NCBI GenBank assembly: GCA_045628865.1
Contig: JAZQQB010000009.1
Location: 1 to 64,000 of the forward strand
Direction: 5' to 3'
Origin: Lachnospiraceae bacterium
GTDB lineage: Bacteria; Bacillota; Clostridia; Lachnospirales; Lachnospiraceae
DNA: 64,000 bases
Below are positions 51,804 through 62,393 of the stretch, in pieces. A program made the translations under genes and the position numbers. Position 1 is the first letter of the stretch, and every line of letters begins with the position of its first letter. The notes beneath the pieces are model-generated. The model worked only from the letters and a program-made list of their open reading frames with translations, was not told the origin of the DNA and made no database searches.

Positions 51804-54092
51804 ATGATTAATTTACTAGAAGGTGGAGCATATCTGTTAAATGGAACAGAGATCGTTCCAGATGGAGTTGACGCCCAGGCTTTGGTGAAATCAAAGACAG
51901 GCATGGATGTAACAAAAGAAGAAGCTGCAAAGAATACTATTGCATATGGTATTTTGACAGATCATAATACTTCTGGCAATGATAAGAAGTTGAAGATTAA
52001 ATTTGATAAATTAACTTCTCACGATATCACTTTCGTAGGTATCATTCAGACCGCCAGAGCTTCAGGACTTGAGAAGTTCCCTATTCCTTATGTTTTGACA
52101 AACTGTCATAACTCTCTTTGTGCAGTTGGTGGAACAATCAATGAAGATGACCATATGTTTGGTCTTTCATGTGCTAAGAAATATGGTGGAATGTATGTAC
52201 CACCTCATCAGGCAGTTATTCATCAGTTTGCAAGAGAAATGCTTGCTGGTGGTGGAAAGATGATCTTAGGTTCAGATTCTCATACTCGTTATGGTGCACT
52301 TGGTACTATGGCTATGGGTGAAGGTGGACCAGAGCTTGTAAAACAGTTACTTTCTCAGACATATGATATCAATATGCCAGGTGTTGTTGCTGTATATATG
52401 ACAGGAGAACCTGTAAAGGGCGTAGGTCCTCAGGACGTTGCTCTTGCTATTATTGGTGCGGTATTTAAGAATGGCTATGTAAAGAATAAAGTAATGGAAT
52501 TCGTAGGACCAGGTGTATCTAGTTTATCTGCTGATTTCCGTATCGGTATCGATGTAATGACAACTGAAACAACCTGTTTATCATCTATCTGGAGAACAGA
52601 CGATGAAATCAAAGATTTTTATGAAACACATTACCGTGGAAATGAATACAAAGAATTAAACCCAGGTGCAGTGGCATATTATGATGGTGTGATCGAAGTG
52701 GATCTTTCTAAGGTTAGACCTATGATCGCTATGCCATTCCATCCAAGTAATACATATACCATTGAAGAAGTAAACAAGAATTTAATGGATATTTTAGATG
52801 AATGTGAAAAGAGAGCACTTGTATCATTAGATGGAGCTGTAGATTTCACATTAAAGAATAAAGTAAAAAATGGTAAATTATATGTAGATCAGGGTATCAT
52901 TGCAGGATGTGCAGGTGGTGGATTTGAAAATATCTGTGCAGCAGCTGATATCTTAGACGGAACAAGTATTGGTGCTGATGACTTTACATTAAGTGTATAT
53001 CCAGCTTCTATGCCTGTTTATATGGAACTTGTACGTAATGGTTGCGCAGCTAAGATCATGCAGACAGGTGCTATTATGAAAACAGCATTCTGTGGTCCAT
53101 TTTTTGGTGCTGGTGATACACCTGCTAACAATGCATTTTCTATCCGTCATTCAACACGTAACTTCCCTAACCGTGAAGGTTCTAAGTTACAGAGTGGTCA
53201 GATTGCTTCCGTTGCTTTAATGGATGCTCGTTCAATTGCAGCAACAGCAGCAAACAAAGGATATTTAACACCAGCTACAGATATTGAAACTCCAATCGGT
53301 AAATACAAATATTTCTTCGACAAGAAGATTTATGAGAACCGTGTATTTGATTCTAAGGGTGTTGCAGATCCTGAAACAGAAATTAAGTTTGGTCCTAATA
53401 TCAAAGACTGGCCAGCAATGGTAGCTTTGACAGATAACTTATTATTAAAGGTTGTATCTGAAATCCATGACCCAGTTACAACAACAGATGAATTGATTCC
53501 TTCAGGAGAAACTTCTTCTTACAGATCAAATCCACTTGGTCTTGCAGAATTTACTTTATCAAGAAAAGATCCAGCATACGTTGGTCTTGCAAAAGAAGTA
53601 CAGAAAGCTGAAAAAGCTCGTGAAGATGGATCATGTCCATGCGAAGCAAATGAAGAAGTTAAGGCTGTATGGAATGTGATGAAGGAAATTACACCAGATG
53701 CCGATTCTAAGAATACAGGTATTGGTTCAACAATCTTTGCTGTAAAACCAGGTGATGGTTCTGCTCGTGAGCAGGCTGCAAGTTGCCAGAAGGTACTTGG
53801 TGGCTGGGCTAATATTGCCAATGAATATGCAACAAAGAGATACCGTTCAAACTTGATCAACTGGGGTATGCTTCCATTTATCATAAAAGAAGGCGAATTA
53901 CCATTTAAGAATCTTGATTATTTATTTGTTCCTGGAATCCGTAAGGCAATTGAGGAGAAGACAGAAGAAATTACTGCTTATGTTGTTTCAGATGGTAAAA
54001 AGACACCATTTACATTAACAGTAGGTGAGTTAACAGATGAAGAAAGAGAAATCATCCTAAAGGGATGTTTGATCAACTACAATAGAATCTAG
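51804..54092 (+). CDS. aconitase-family hydratase (aconitate hydratase, AcnA-like domain order)
   Basis: GSDSHT Fe-S ligand region, C-terminal swivel-domain motifs GSAREQAA and [12 protein letters not shown]; start at ATG 51804 after GGAGG (ORF tool start 51699 is over-extended). Confidence 0.75.
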   Translation: MINLLEGGAYLLNGTEIVPDGVDAQALVKSKTGMDVTKEEAAKNTIAYGILTDHNTSGNDKKLKIKFDKLTSHDITFVGIIQTARASGLEKFPIPYVLTNCHNSLCAVGGTINEDDHMFGLSCAKKYGGMYVPPHQAVIHQFAREMLAGGGKMILGSDSHTRYGALGTMAMGEGGPELVKQLLSQTYDINMPGVVAVYMTGEPVKGVGPQDVALAIIGAVFKNGYVKNKVMEFVGPGVSSLSADFRIGIDVMTTETTCLSSIWRTDDEIKDFYETHYRGNEYKELNPGAVAYYDGVIEVDLSKVRPMIAMPFHPSNTYTIEEVNKNLMDILDECEKRALVSLDGAVDFTLKNKVKNGKLYVDQGIIAGCAGGGFENICAAADILDGTSIGADDFTLSVYPASMPVYMELVRNGCAAKIMQTGAIMKTAFCGPFFGAGDTPANNAFSIRHSTRNFPNREGSKLQSGQIASVALMDARSIAATAANKGYLTPATDIETPIGKYKYFFDKKIYENRVFDSKGVADPETEIKFGPNIKDWPAMVALTDNLLLKVVSEIHDPVTTTDELIPSGETSSYRSNPLGLAEFTLSRKDPAYVGLAKEVQKAEKAREDGSCPCEANEEVKAVWNVMKEITPDADSKNTGIGSTIFAVKPGDGSAREQAASCQKVLGGWANIANEYATKRYRSNLINWGMLPFIIKEGELPFKNLDYLFVPGIRKAIEEKTEEITAYVVSDGKKTPFTLTVGELTDEEREIILKGCLINYNRI

Positions 54093-54099
54093 TATCTAA

Positions 54100-54129
54100 T
54101 AGGCTACGCATTTAGCGTAGCCTATTTTT
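54100..54129 (+). terminator. terminator after aconitase gene
   Basis: taggctacgc/gcgtagccta + T-run. Confidence 0.7.
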
Positions 54130-54185
54130 AACAGGAAACATTGTGTATCTCATGAAGTTTCCTGCCGACCTTTGATGGTTTTATG

Positions 54186-54214
54186 TTGACTGTAGGACAA
54201 AAGTACTATATAAT
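54186..54214 (+). promoter_or_regulatory. sigma-A promoter TTGACT-N17-TATAAT
   Basis: consensus elements ~120 nt upstream of GGDEF regulator gene. Confidence 0.5.
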
Positions 54215-54332
54215 AAAAGACGTTCGTGGGGAACAAAAAGACAAAAAATTGAAAGACAAAAAACTAAATAGTAGCAGCAAAAAGTAGTATTCATGAGAAC
54301 ATGTTTGGGGAAACATGCAGGGAGCGGTTATA

Positions 54333-55244
54333 ATGAAAAAGAAGGTTATTTTGACAGTGGATGATAATGCTGTCAGCTGCAGACTTATTGAGCGTTTTTT
54401 CAGTCGGGCGTATGATGTAATGAAAACATATTCTGGATATGAAGCATTACAGATTTTGAAAGAGAAAACGGTTGATTTGATTCTTTTGGACGTTGATATG
54501 CCAAAAATGAATGGGTTTGAGGTGATGGAAAGGTTAAAGCTGGATACGAAAACAGCTGGGATACCAGTGATTTTTTTGACAGGACTTGAGGACAAGAATG
54601 AGGAACTAAGGGGACTTAGAATGGGTGCTGTCGATTATATTCAGAAACCATTTTATCCAGAAATTCTGATGCAAAGAATTGAGAGTGCGATTAAGCAAAG
54701 TGAGAGCCAGAAGAATCTGTATGATTTTGTACAGATGAAAATTGAAGAGGTAGAGAATTTTAGGAGATTGGCTTACTTGGATCCGTTAACAGAGCTTTGG
54801 AACCGTCATTATTTTGAAAATCAAGTAGATATATATCTGCAGGAAAGAAATCCTAGTGGCTATTTTTTGATTTTGGATGTAGATAATTTTAAAAACATCA
54901 ATGATAAATATGGACATATTGAGGGTGATAAGGTACTTATGGAACTTGCAGAGATCTTACGTAGGGCAGAAACTGGCAGTGTTTTGACTGCACGGTTAGC
55001 AGGGGATGAATTTGTTCTTTTTATTAAGGATATAGATGACGAAAGCTATGCGAAAATAGTGGCAGATTCGGTGTTGATGGAGATTGCTTCCATTAGTGGT
55101 AAACATCAGATGCATGTTACAGCATCCATTGGCATAGCTAGAGTTACTACAATGGATAAATCGTTTGTTCAGCTTTATGGAAAAGCAGATAAGGCTTTGT
55201 ATCAGGCAAAGGAATCTGGAAAGGGTATCTACCATGTAGCATAA
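54333..55244 (+). CDS. response regulator receiver + GGDEF-domain diguanylate cyclase (signature variant AGDEF)
   Basis: receiver Asp (LLDVDMPKMNG), GGDEF-domain with RLAGDEF. Confidence 0.75.
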   Translation: MKKKVILTVDDNAVSCRLIERFFSRAYDVMKTYSGYEALQILKEKTVDLILLDVDMPKMNGFEVMERLKLDTKTAGIPVIFLTGLEDKNEELRGLRMGAVDYIQKPFYPEILMQRIESAIKQSESQKNLYDFVQMKIEEVENFRRLAYLDPLTELWNRHYFENQVDIYLQERNPSGYFLILDVDNFKNINDKYGHIEGDKVLMELAEILRRAETGSVLTARLAGDEFVLFIKDIDDESYAKIVADSVLMEIASISGKHQMHVTASIGIARVTTMDKSFVQLYGKADKALYQAKESGKGIYHVA

Positions 55245-55383
55245 ATCGAATGACTGCACGTATAAGTATGAACGAATATATGTGAATTGTAAGAATTGTA
55301 TAAATATTTCTATTTGCACTTCCGATATAGTAGTTGCACGAGATCTACTGGCCAGTAGTCTTGTCGAATCGAAGTGACCATGG

Positions 55384-55430
55384 AAGGTCTTTTGAAAAAA
55401 ATTTTTTCAAAAGACCTTTTTTGTTTTTTT
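55384..55430 (+). terminator. long-stem terminator
   Basis: aaggtcttttgaaaaaa/ttttttcaaaagacctt + T-run. Confidence 0.7.
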
Positions 55431-55465
55431 GAAACCGACAGGCACAATGTAGAATCGAGGTAAAA

Positions 55466-56545
55466 ATGAAAATTGAATCTAGTAATGTATCAATGTATGC
55501 ACAAAGAACGTATGAAGCGGAACGAACTGTAAATACTACTTTTGAAACACAAATTTTGAAGGCGGATGTCATGATTGGAAAGGACAAGGAGGAACAGACC
55601 TTTGCTGATATGATCAATGGATCGGAAGCAGTTGAAAAAGGAGATATTTTCCAAAAAGAAAAAATGGAAAACTCTTTGGTTCCAGCTTCTGAACGCATTT
55701 CGAAACAGGCTGAAAAAGCAAGTTATCAAACGATACGACATAGATGTATTCTGTATTTGTTACAGATTCTGTGCAATGGAAAGAAAGTGCAGCATGACAA
55801 ATTTGAGGATATGATGCAGCAAATGAACCAGGGTAGTACGCAGGAATTAACCAATGTGACACTTATGCAACCCATGAAGGAATTGAAGTTGAATCTGAAA
55901 CAACAGGAATATTATTACGAAGCAGAAAAGACAAATTTTCAATCGAAAGGAGTTGTAAGAACTGCTGATGGAAGAGAATTTGGATTCAACATGGATGTTA
56001 GTATGAGTCGGGAGTTTGCTTCTTATTCGGAATTTACCCAGGAAATAACCAATTTTATCGATCCGTTGGTGATTAATTTAGATGGAAACATAGCGGGAAT
56101 GTCTGATCAGAAGTTTATGTTTGATATAGATGCTGATGGAACCCTCGATCGAGTTTCGATGTTGGATACAGGAAGTGGTTTTTTAGCACTTGATCGAAAT
56201 CATGATGGTGTGATTAATGATGGCTCAGAACTTTTTGGAACTACTTCTGGAGACGGATTTCAAGATTTAGCAGCCTATGATGAGGATGGGAATGGCTGGA
56301 TTGATGAAGGAGATTCAATTTTTGAAAAATTAATGATTTGGACAAAGGACGAGTCAGGAAATGATGAATTGTATAGTTTAAAAAGGGCTGGAGTTGGAGC
56401 AATTTGTCTTAAAAAAGCAGAAACAGATTTTTCATTAACGAGTATCAAAAATAATCAATTAAACGGTAAGGTTCGTTCCACAGGCATTTTTCTATATGAA
56501 AATGGTAATGTAGGTAGTTTACAACATTTAGATGTTGCGACCTGA
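55466..56545 (+). CDS. hypothetical protein with three EF-hand-like calcium-binding loops
   Basis: DIDADGTLD, DRNHDGVINDGSE, DEDGNGWIDEGD match DxDxDG loop pattern. Confidence 0.4.
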   Translation: MKIESSNVSMYAQRTYEAERTVNTTFETQILKADVMIGKDKEEQTFADMINGSEAVEKGDIFQKEKMENSLVPASERISKQAEKASYQTIRHRCILYLLQILCNGKKVQHDKFEDMMQQMNQGSTQELTNVTLMQPMKELKLNLKQQEYYYEAEKTNFQSKGVVRTADGREFGFNMDVSMSREFASYSEFTQEITNFIDPLVINLDGNIAGMSDQKFMFDIDADGTLDRVSMLDTGSGFLALDRNHDGVINDGSELFGTTSGDGFQDLAAYDEDGNGWIDEGDSIFEKLMIWTKDESGNDELYSLKRAGVGAICLKKAETDFSLTSIKNNQLNGKVRSTGIFLYENGNVGSLQHLDVAT

Positions 56546-56640
56546 TTCGTTACATGCATAATTTCTAAAAATATGGAAATGCTGATTGTAGCAATAAAAC
56601 TATCAGCAAAGACATATATCAGAATAAACGGAGGTTATGC

Positions 56641-57603
56641 ATGAAAGAGGAACATGATTTAAAAGAACTGAATAAAGGAAAAAAGAAAATACAAGAAAAA
56701 AAGTCAAGCGATCGAAGCAGAATCAAAACGGAAAAGGTTATTATGTTAGCATCATCAGTGATGCTTTTATCAGGATTGACTGCAACGGGAATTTATTTTA
56801 AGGCCAATGAAAAGCCTGCGGAGCAATTGAAAATCGATCTGTCTGGTATGGAAGAAAATATTGATCAAAAAGCAACTGAGATTTTGCAGGGAGAAACAGT
56901 AGAAAATCCAATGAATATTGCAAATTCAGATCTTGATTATGATCCAGAGTGGAAAGAAGATGCAGGTATTTCTAATGAGGAATTGAAAACAGATCTAGTA
57001 TCAGGAACTGCAATTGCTCAGACCCATGTGGAGGATATTGAGGCGCAGTTAGATGATTTTCTGAATCCAGTAGAAAGTGAAGATAGCAGTACGGAGAGTG
57101 AAGCACAGGAGCAACTGGATATTGTTCTGGAAGATACAGAAAGTGATAGTACTGTATCAGCGAAAGCATACGAAACTGCTGAGTTGAGTTTCTCTGAAGA
57201 AGATACCCTTGCATGGCCAATTGTTGGAACAGTTTTAATGGATTATAGTATGGATGCAACGGTTTATTATAAAACGCTAGATCAGTATCGGTATCAGCCT
57301 GGTATGGTGATTGGTGCCAATAAGGGAGAAACTATAACAGCTGCAGCAACATGTCAGGTGACAGAGATTGATGTGGATCCAGTGCTTGGAAATACGGTTA
57401 AAATGAATTTGGGTGGTGGCTATGAGTTGCTTTATGGTCAGTTAGAGAATATTAAAGTGGCAGAAGGAGATATTTTGCATGCAGGAGATATTGTTGGAGC
57501 AGTAGCAGACCCGACAAAGTATTATAGTGTAGAAGGAACTAATTTGTTTATTGAAGTCACTAAGGATGGGGTACCAGTAAATCCGATGACATTGCTTCCT
57601 TGA
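56641..57603 (+). CDS. membrane-anchored protein with degenerate M23/LytM peptidase domain (catalytic His residues replaced; SpoIIQ/EnvC-like non-catalytic type)
   Basis: C-terminal GDIVGAV...TNLFIEVTKDGVPVNP in place of canonical HLHFEV...G.PV.P. Confidence 0.5.
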   Translation: MKEEHDLKELNKGKKKIQEKKSSDRSRIKTEKVIMLASSVMLLSGLTATGIYFKANEKPAEQLKIDLSGMEENIDQKATEILQGETVENPMNIANSDLDYDPEWKEDAGISNEELKTDLVSGTAIAQTHVEDIEAQLDDFLNPVESEDSSTESEAQEQLDIVLEDTESDSTVSAKAYETAELSFSEEDTLAWPIVGTVLMDYSMDATVYYKTLDQYRYQPGMVIGANKGETITAAATCQVTEIDVDPVLGNTVKMNLGGGYELLYGQLENIKVAEGDILHAGDIVGAVADPTKYYSVEGTNLFIEVTKDGVPVNPMTLLP

Positions 57604-57624
57604 AATATGGATTTTTTAATGTGC

Positions 57625-57660
57625 CACTGGGACAAAGATTTTGTCCCGGTGGTATTTTTC
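57625..57660 (+). terminator. terminator
   Basis: ccactgggacaaa/tttgtcccggtgg + T-run. Confidence 0.65.
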
Positions 57661-57860
57661 ATTTAACAGGAAATTCCTCAGATCTCCTGTTATAAAAAAG
57701 CTCCGCAAAGATCATAATGTTAAAATCGTGCGCATAAATATTGTGTATTAGTCATGAATATGATATTTTTTAAAGACTAAATTTGGTATCTTCTGTGTAT
57801 GGAAAAAAAGAACAGCCATGTATGCGGAATGCATGGAACCACAATGAAGGGATGAATGCT

Positions 57861-60836
57861 ATGAAAAAGAAGTACTTATTGAAGCAAACAGCAATTCTCT
57901 TTTCTTGTCTCTTAGTACTAGGTAATTTTGCGGGATGTGATTGTGGGGACGAACCAAAAGAGACTGTAACACAGCCTACTGAGGGTGAGGAGGACGAAAC
58001 CTCAGAAACAGTAGAATCTTCTGAAACAGATACGGATGAAAGTTCTGAAACAGAAGAAAGTTCTGAAACAGAAGAAAGCTCTGAAACAGAAGAAACCAAT
58101 GAAGACACAGATCAGGATCAAGAGAAACCGGGAGTCTCTGGAGTTGATTTGAGTGAGTATGCGTTGGTGTGGGAAGACTCATTTGATGGTAATGAACTGG
58201 ACAGAAGTAATTGGAATGTGGAACTTCACGATCCAGGATGGGTAAACAGTGAATTACAATCTTATGTGGATTCGGATGAGAATATTTTCTTAAAAAATGG
58301 AAAACTTGTCATTCAGCCAGTGAAGACAGTAGATGAGGAAGGAAATGTAATATATACTTCCGGTAGACTCACTACACAGAATAAGGAAGCCTTCACATAT
58401 GGATATTTTGAAGCAAGATGTAAGGTGCCGGCAGGTCAGGGATTTTTACCAGCATTTTGGTTGATGGCCAATGATGAATCCGTTTATGGACAATGGCCAA
58501 AATGTGGTGAGATTGACATTATGGAGGTAATGGGGCAGGATACTCAGACTTCCTACGGAACCATTCATTATGGAAATCCATATAAACAGAGTCAGAATAC
58601 ATATGTATTGGATGAAGGAGATTTTTCTGAAGAATTTCACACATTTAGCCTAGAATGGGAACCAGGAAGCATCAAATGGTTTGTAGACGGAACTTTATTC
58701 CATGAGGAGCATGACTGGTATTCACAGGCAGAAGGTCAGGGAATGGTATCTTATCCAGCACCATTTGACCAGCCATTTTATGTAATTTTAAATCTTGCTG
58801 TAGGTGGAAGTTGGGTTGGAAATCCTGGTGAAACAACAACTTTTGATTCTGCATATGAAATTGATTATGTAAAAGTTTATCAGAAAGATAGCTATAACGA
58901 AGATGTGAAGAAACCAGAAGTGATGCTTCGTGAACCAAATGCGGATGGAAACTACATCAACAATGGTGATTTTGCAGATATAGAAGATTTAACAGATGAG
59001 GTTGACTGGAAATTCTTGACAGCATTAGAAGGAGAAGCAAGTGCTGAAATCAAGGATAACACCATGATAATTCGTACACAGCATGATGGTACAGTTGATT
59101 ATAGTGTACAGCTTGTACAGGCCAATCTTCCATTTGAAAAAGGCGCAACCTATCAGGTTTCATTTGATGCATATGCGTCAGGTGATAGAACTATGAAAAC
59201 AGCAATCAAGGCTCCTGATCGAGATTATATTGAGTATATGGAGTCACAGGTTGTAGAACTTACAACAAAACCAAAGACCTATACATACTCTTTCAAGATG
59301 GAACAAGAGAGTGATGCGAACGGTCGTTTGGAATTTAATATGGGTGCTACAGGATCTTTAGATGACATCTGTATCCAGAATGTATCTGTTAGAAAGATCA
59401 AAGATATGGATCCATATGAGGAAGAAACAAAAACAATTCGTGCAGATGGAAATTATGTGTATAATGGTTCCTTTCAGGAAGGAAATCAGCATATGGGATT
59501 CTGGTGGATTACCAATAACTGTGGTGCACAGTATGGTGTAACAAGTTTAGAAGATGGAAGAAGATTCCATTTGTCAGTTGCAGGACAGGCTACATCAGAA
59601 GCATTTGTACTGAAACAAAAGGATTTGGCTTTTGAAGAGGGAGCAGCATATAAGCTTTCTTTTGAAGCAGAGTCAGATCAGGATATGACAATGACAGTTT
59701 CACTTGGTGGAACAGAGTATGAGGTAACAATTGTAGCAGGAAAGAACAATTATGAAATTGAAATTCCTAATACAGTTACATATACTAACAAAAATCTTAT
59801 ATTTGAGTTAGGAAATGCAAATGATCTTTACTTAGATCAGATCAAACTGATGGGAGCTGCAAAGATTCAGAATGGATCCTTTGACAATGGAATGTCAGGA
59901 TATGAAATGTATGTAGACTCTTCAGCAGATGCAAGCTATGCAGTTATCAAGGAAGATAACAATGCGGTTATGGATATCACAATTAACAACACTGCAGATC
60001 AGGATTGGAAGATTCAGTTAAAACAGAATAATATTTCTTTGCAAGAGGGTAAATGGTACCGATTAAGTATTGCGGCAAAGGCCTCTGAAGAAAGAGATAT
60101 TCGTGTAATCATGCAGGGCGATGAGTCAAAGGGATGGGCTGTATATTCAGGTGAAAACCAGATTGCTCTTACTAATGAATGGGAGACCTATACAAAAGAA
60201 TTTAAGATGACAGCTGATGCGGACGAGGCTGCATTCTTAAGTATCTGTTTAGGTAATGTTAGTGGTGAGATCACAACAAAGCATCATGTATGGTTAGATC
60301 AAATCTCATTGGAAGAAATCAATGCACCAGAGGTTACACCTGGAGAGGATGAAGAAATCATTAGTCCTACACAGGGAGAAAATCTTTTAAAGAATGCAGA
60401 TTTTTCCAACGGTTTAGATGGTTGGATTGAAACTATTGCGAACTGGGGTGGAGATTATATTGCAGATGCGGAAAGCAATACGAATAGCGGTAGTATTGTT
60501 TATACGATCAACAATCCTGGTACGGAGGATTGGAATGTACAGTTAAAACAAAGCGGAATTGTTTTAGAAAAAGGCTGTACCTACGAAGTTTCCTACACAA
60601 TCGTTTCTTCTTCTGCAAGACAGATTAAGAGTGGTGTAATGAGCACAGACTATGTATGGTATGGTGGTGCTGATCCAGTTTTAAAGGCAGGAGAAGAAAT
60701 GAAGGTTCACTTCGAATTTACGATGGATGTTGCAGATCCAAAAGCAGACTTCTATATTTCATTAGGAAAGATAGAAGGTGAGGACACTAAAGCAGGCAAG
60801 ATTACTATTTCAAACCTGTCATTCATCAAGAAGTAA
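57861..60836 (+). CDS. lipoprotein GH16 endo-beta-1,3(4)-glucanase (laminarinase-like) with acidic SETEE linker and four CBM4/9-like modules
   Basis: lipobox LGNFAGC; GH16 catalytic motif EIDIMEVMG; four repeated N.xF..G..GW modules. Confidence 0.7.
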   Translation: MKKKYLLKQTAILFSCLLVLGNFAGCDCGDEPKETVTQPTEGEEDETSETVESSETDTDESSETEESSETEESSETEETNEDTDQDQEKPGVSGVDLSEYALVWEDSFDGNELDRSNWNVELHDPGWVNSELQSYVDSDENIFLKNGKLVIQPVKTVDEEGNVIYTSGRLTTQNKEAFTYGYFEARCKVPAGQGFLPAFWLMANDESVYGQWPKCGEIDIMEVMGQDTQTSYGTIHYGNPYKQSQNTYVLDEGDFSEEFHTFSLEWEPGSIKWFVDGTLFHEEHDWYSQAEGQGMVSYPAPFDQPFYVILNLAVGGSWVGNPGETTTFDSAYEIDYVKVYQKDSYNEDVKKPEVMLREPNADGNYINNGDFADIEDLTDEVDWKFLTALEGEASAEIKDNTMIIRTQHDGTVDYSVQLVQANLPFEKGATYQVSFDAYASGDRTMKTAIKAPDRDYIEYMESQVVELTTKPKTYTYSFKMEQESDANGRLEFNMGATGSLDDICIQNVSVRKIKDMDPYEEETKTIRADGNYVYNGSFQEGNQHMGFWWITNNCGAQYGVTSLEDGRRFHLSVAGQATSEAFVLKQKDLAFEEGAAYKLSFEAESDQDMTMTVSLGGTEYEVTIVAGKNNYEIEIPNTVTYTNKNLIFELGNANDLYLDQIKLMGAAKIQNGSFDNGMSGYEMYVDSSADASYAVIKEDNNAVMDITINNTADQDWKIQLKQNNISLQEGKWYRLSIAAKASEERDIRVIMQGDESKGWAVYSGENQIALTNEWETYTKEFKMTADADEAAFLSICLGNVSGEITTKHHVWLDQISLEEINAPEVTPGEDEEIISPTQGENLLKNADFSNGLDGWIETIANWGGDYIADAESNTNSGSIVYTINNPGTEDWNVQLKQSGIVLEKGCTYEVSYTIVSSSARQIKSGVMSTDYVWYGGADPVLKAGEEMKVHFEFTMDVADPKADFYISLGKIEGEDTKAGKITISNLSFIKK
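58012..58091 (+). repeat. 18-bp tandem repeat gaaagttctgaaacagaa x3 (+partial), encodes SSETEE linker
   Basis: seen directly. Confidence 0.8.
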
Positions 60837-60878
60837 GTGGATAACGCCAAAAAGAAAAAAAGAAAAAAGTTCAAAAAA

Positions 60879-60917
60879 GAGATGCCTGACTATATTTTGG
60901 TCAGGTGTCTTTTTTTA
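60879..60917 (+). terminator. terminator after GH16 gene
   Basis: imperfect stem gatgcctgac/gtcaggtgtc + 7 T. Confidence 0.55.
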
Positions 60918-60958
60918 TGGTTTGCGCGCCATGAAAGAAGCCTTTACACTCTTTTTTA

Positions 60959-60987
60959 TTGCCTTGTGAATAAAGCAGCGTTATAAT
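60959..60987 (+). promoter_or_regulatory. sigma-A promoter TTGCCT-N17-TATAAT
   Basis: consensus elements upstream of lipoprotein gene. Confidence 0.5.
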
Positions 60988-61041
60988 AAGCAGGATAAAC
61001 GGATAAATCATTTTGGAATGATTAGTTTTTAGGGGGAGTAT

Positions 61042-62385
61042 ATGAGTCATAATCGGAAAAAAGGACTTGTAGTTTTTTTACTGATCTCTCTTTTTACAGG
61101 TTGTGGGAAGTCTGATTTGAAGCCTGCAACAGAGGAAAAGTTACAGGATCCTGAGATTGTAACCTGGTTTACAGGAGAAACAGTTCCAATTCAATATGAA
61201 ATACCAAAGACAAGACCATATATCGTTGTAGATCAGCTTGGCTATCTTCCTTCCAGTATGAAAAAATGTCTTTGTCAGGATATTGTGGAAGAGACTGCGT
61301 TTGAAGTGATTGATCAAGAAACAGGAAATAGTGTTTATCAAGGAGTTTTGAAAAAAACAGAGGATGAACTGACCTATTCGGGAGATTTCTCGGAGGTGAC
61401 TACGCCAGGAACGTATTATATCAAAACAGAGTATTTAGGGGAATCCTATCCTTTTGAAATATCAGATCAAGCATATAATTGTCAGATATCAGAGTTACTA
61501 CAAGCTATTGAAAAAATGGACTGGACAAAGGATATCAAAGAAAGTTGTATGGTGATTGATACCTTAATGCTTGCGTTTGAGCTTTATCCGGAGGTATTTG
61601 TCAGCGAAGATTCCACGGAACTTCCAGAGGTACTTCAGATTTGTCAGGATGGAATTCAGCAGATACTTACGTTTCAGAATCATAAAAATGGTGCAGTTTT
61701 TGAAAAGGTTGTAGAAGATAAGGGTGACTTTAAAGATGGAGATAGAAACCTGACAGCTCTTTTTGTTGGGACCGTTGCAAAACATTGTTATTCTTTGAAG
61801 GAATATGATGCAAGAAAAGCAACAGAATTGCTTCAGTATGCCAGCTTAGGATGGCAATATATGAACAAGGATATGGATTCTATTGGGGAAGATCATTTTT
61901 TCTTTGCATGTGCTGAGATGTATCGGGTAACAGGACAAAGTAAATACCGATATGTCATGCAGGATAAATTACCGACAACAGAAAGAATCACTTCGGATGG
62001 GGAATATGATCTGGCATACTTTGGAAACATTACTTATCTATGTACCTCATATAAGGTGGAGCTGGATTATTGCAATCTTGCCATTGACAGTATGATTCGT
62101 GAAGCGACTGAAATTACAGAAGAGTCAAAGGCAGAAACTTATCTTGTCAGAGATGATACAACAGAATATGCAATATTAAAAGATGCAGCTACAATTGTTT
62201 TTGCAAGTCGTGTTAATTATAATCAGGAGTATATGACAGTATTAGAAAACCATATCCATTTTTTGACAGGGATGAATCTGGAAAATTACAATTATTTCAT
62301 ACAGACGGATTCCTGGGTCAATACCAGTGATTATGGAAAAAGTATGGCAATTTTGGCATATAGTTTATTAATAGAAAGGATTTAA
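61042..62385 (+). CDS. lipoprotein with GH9-type N-terminal Ig-like (CelD_N-like) domain, function unknown
   Basis: lipobox LFTGCG; PYIVVDQLGYLPSSMKK resembles start of cellulase N-terminal Ig-like domain. Confidence 0.4.
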   Translation: MSHNRKKGLVVFLLISLFTGCGKSDLKPATEEKLQDPEIVTWFTGETVPIQYEIPKTRPYIVVDQLGYLPSSMKKCLCQDIVEETAFEVIDQETGNSVYQGVLKKTEDELTYSGDFSEVTTPGTYYIKTEYLGESYPFEISDQAYNCQISELLQAIEKMDWTKDIKESCMVIDTLMLAFELYPEVFVSEDSTELPEVLQICQDGIQQILTFQNHKNGAVFEKVVEDKGDFKDGDRNLTALFVGTVAKHCYSLKEYDARKATELLQYASLGWQYMNKDMDSIGEDHFFFACAEMYRVTGQSKYRYVMQDKLPTTERITSDGEYDLAYFGNITYLCTSYKVELDYCNLAIDSMIREATEITEESKAETYLVRDDTTEYAILKDAATIVFASRVNYNQEYMTVLENHIHFLTGMNLENYNYFIQTDSWVNTSDYGKSMAILAYSLLIERI

Positions 62386-62393
62386 GAATTATT

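Noticed and set aside
57770-58108. Minus-strand ORF with SSVSELSSVSEL repeats
   Set aside because: Antisense reading of the SETEE tandem-repeat linker of the GH16 gene; no independent start signals.
60778-60969. 63-aa + strand ORF overlapping GH16 3' end and terminator
   Set aside because: Out-of-frame overlap with a well-supported gene and a terminator hairpin; basic low-complexity product.
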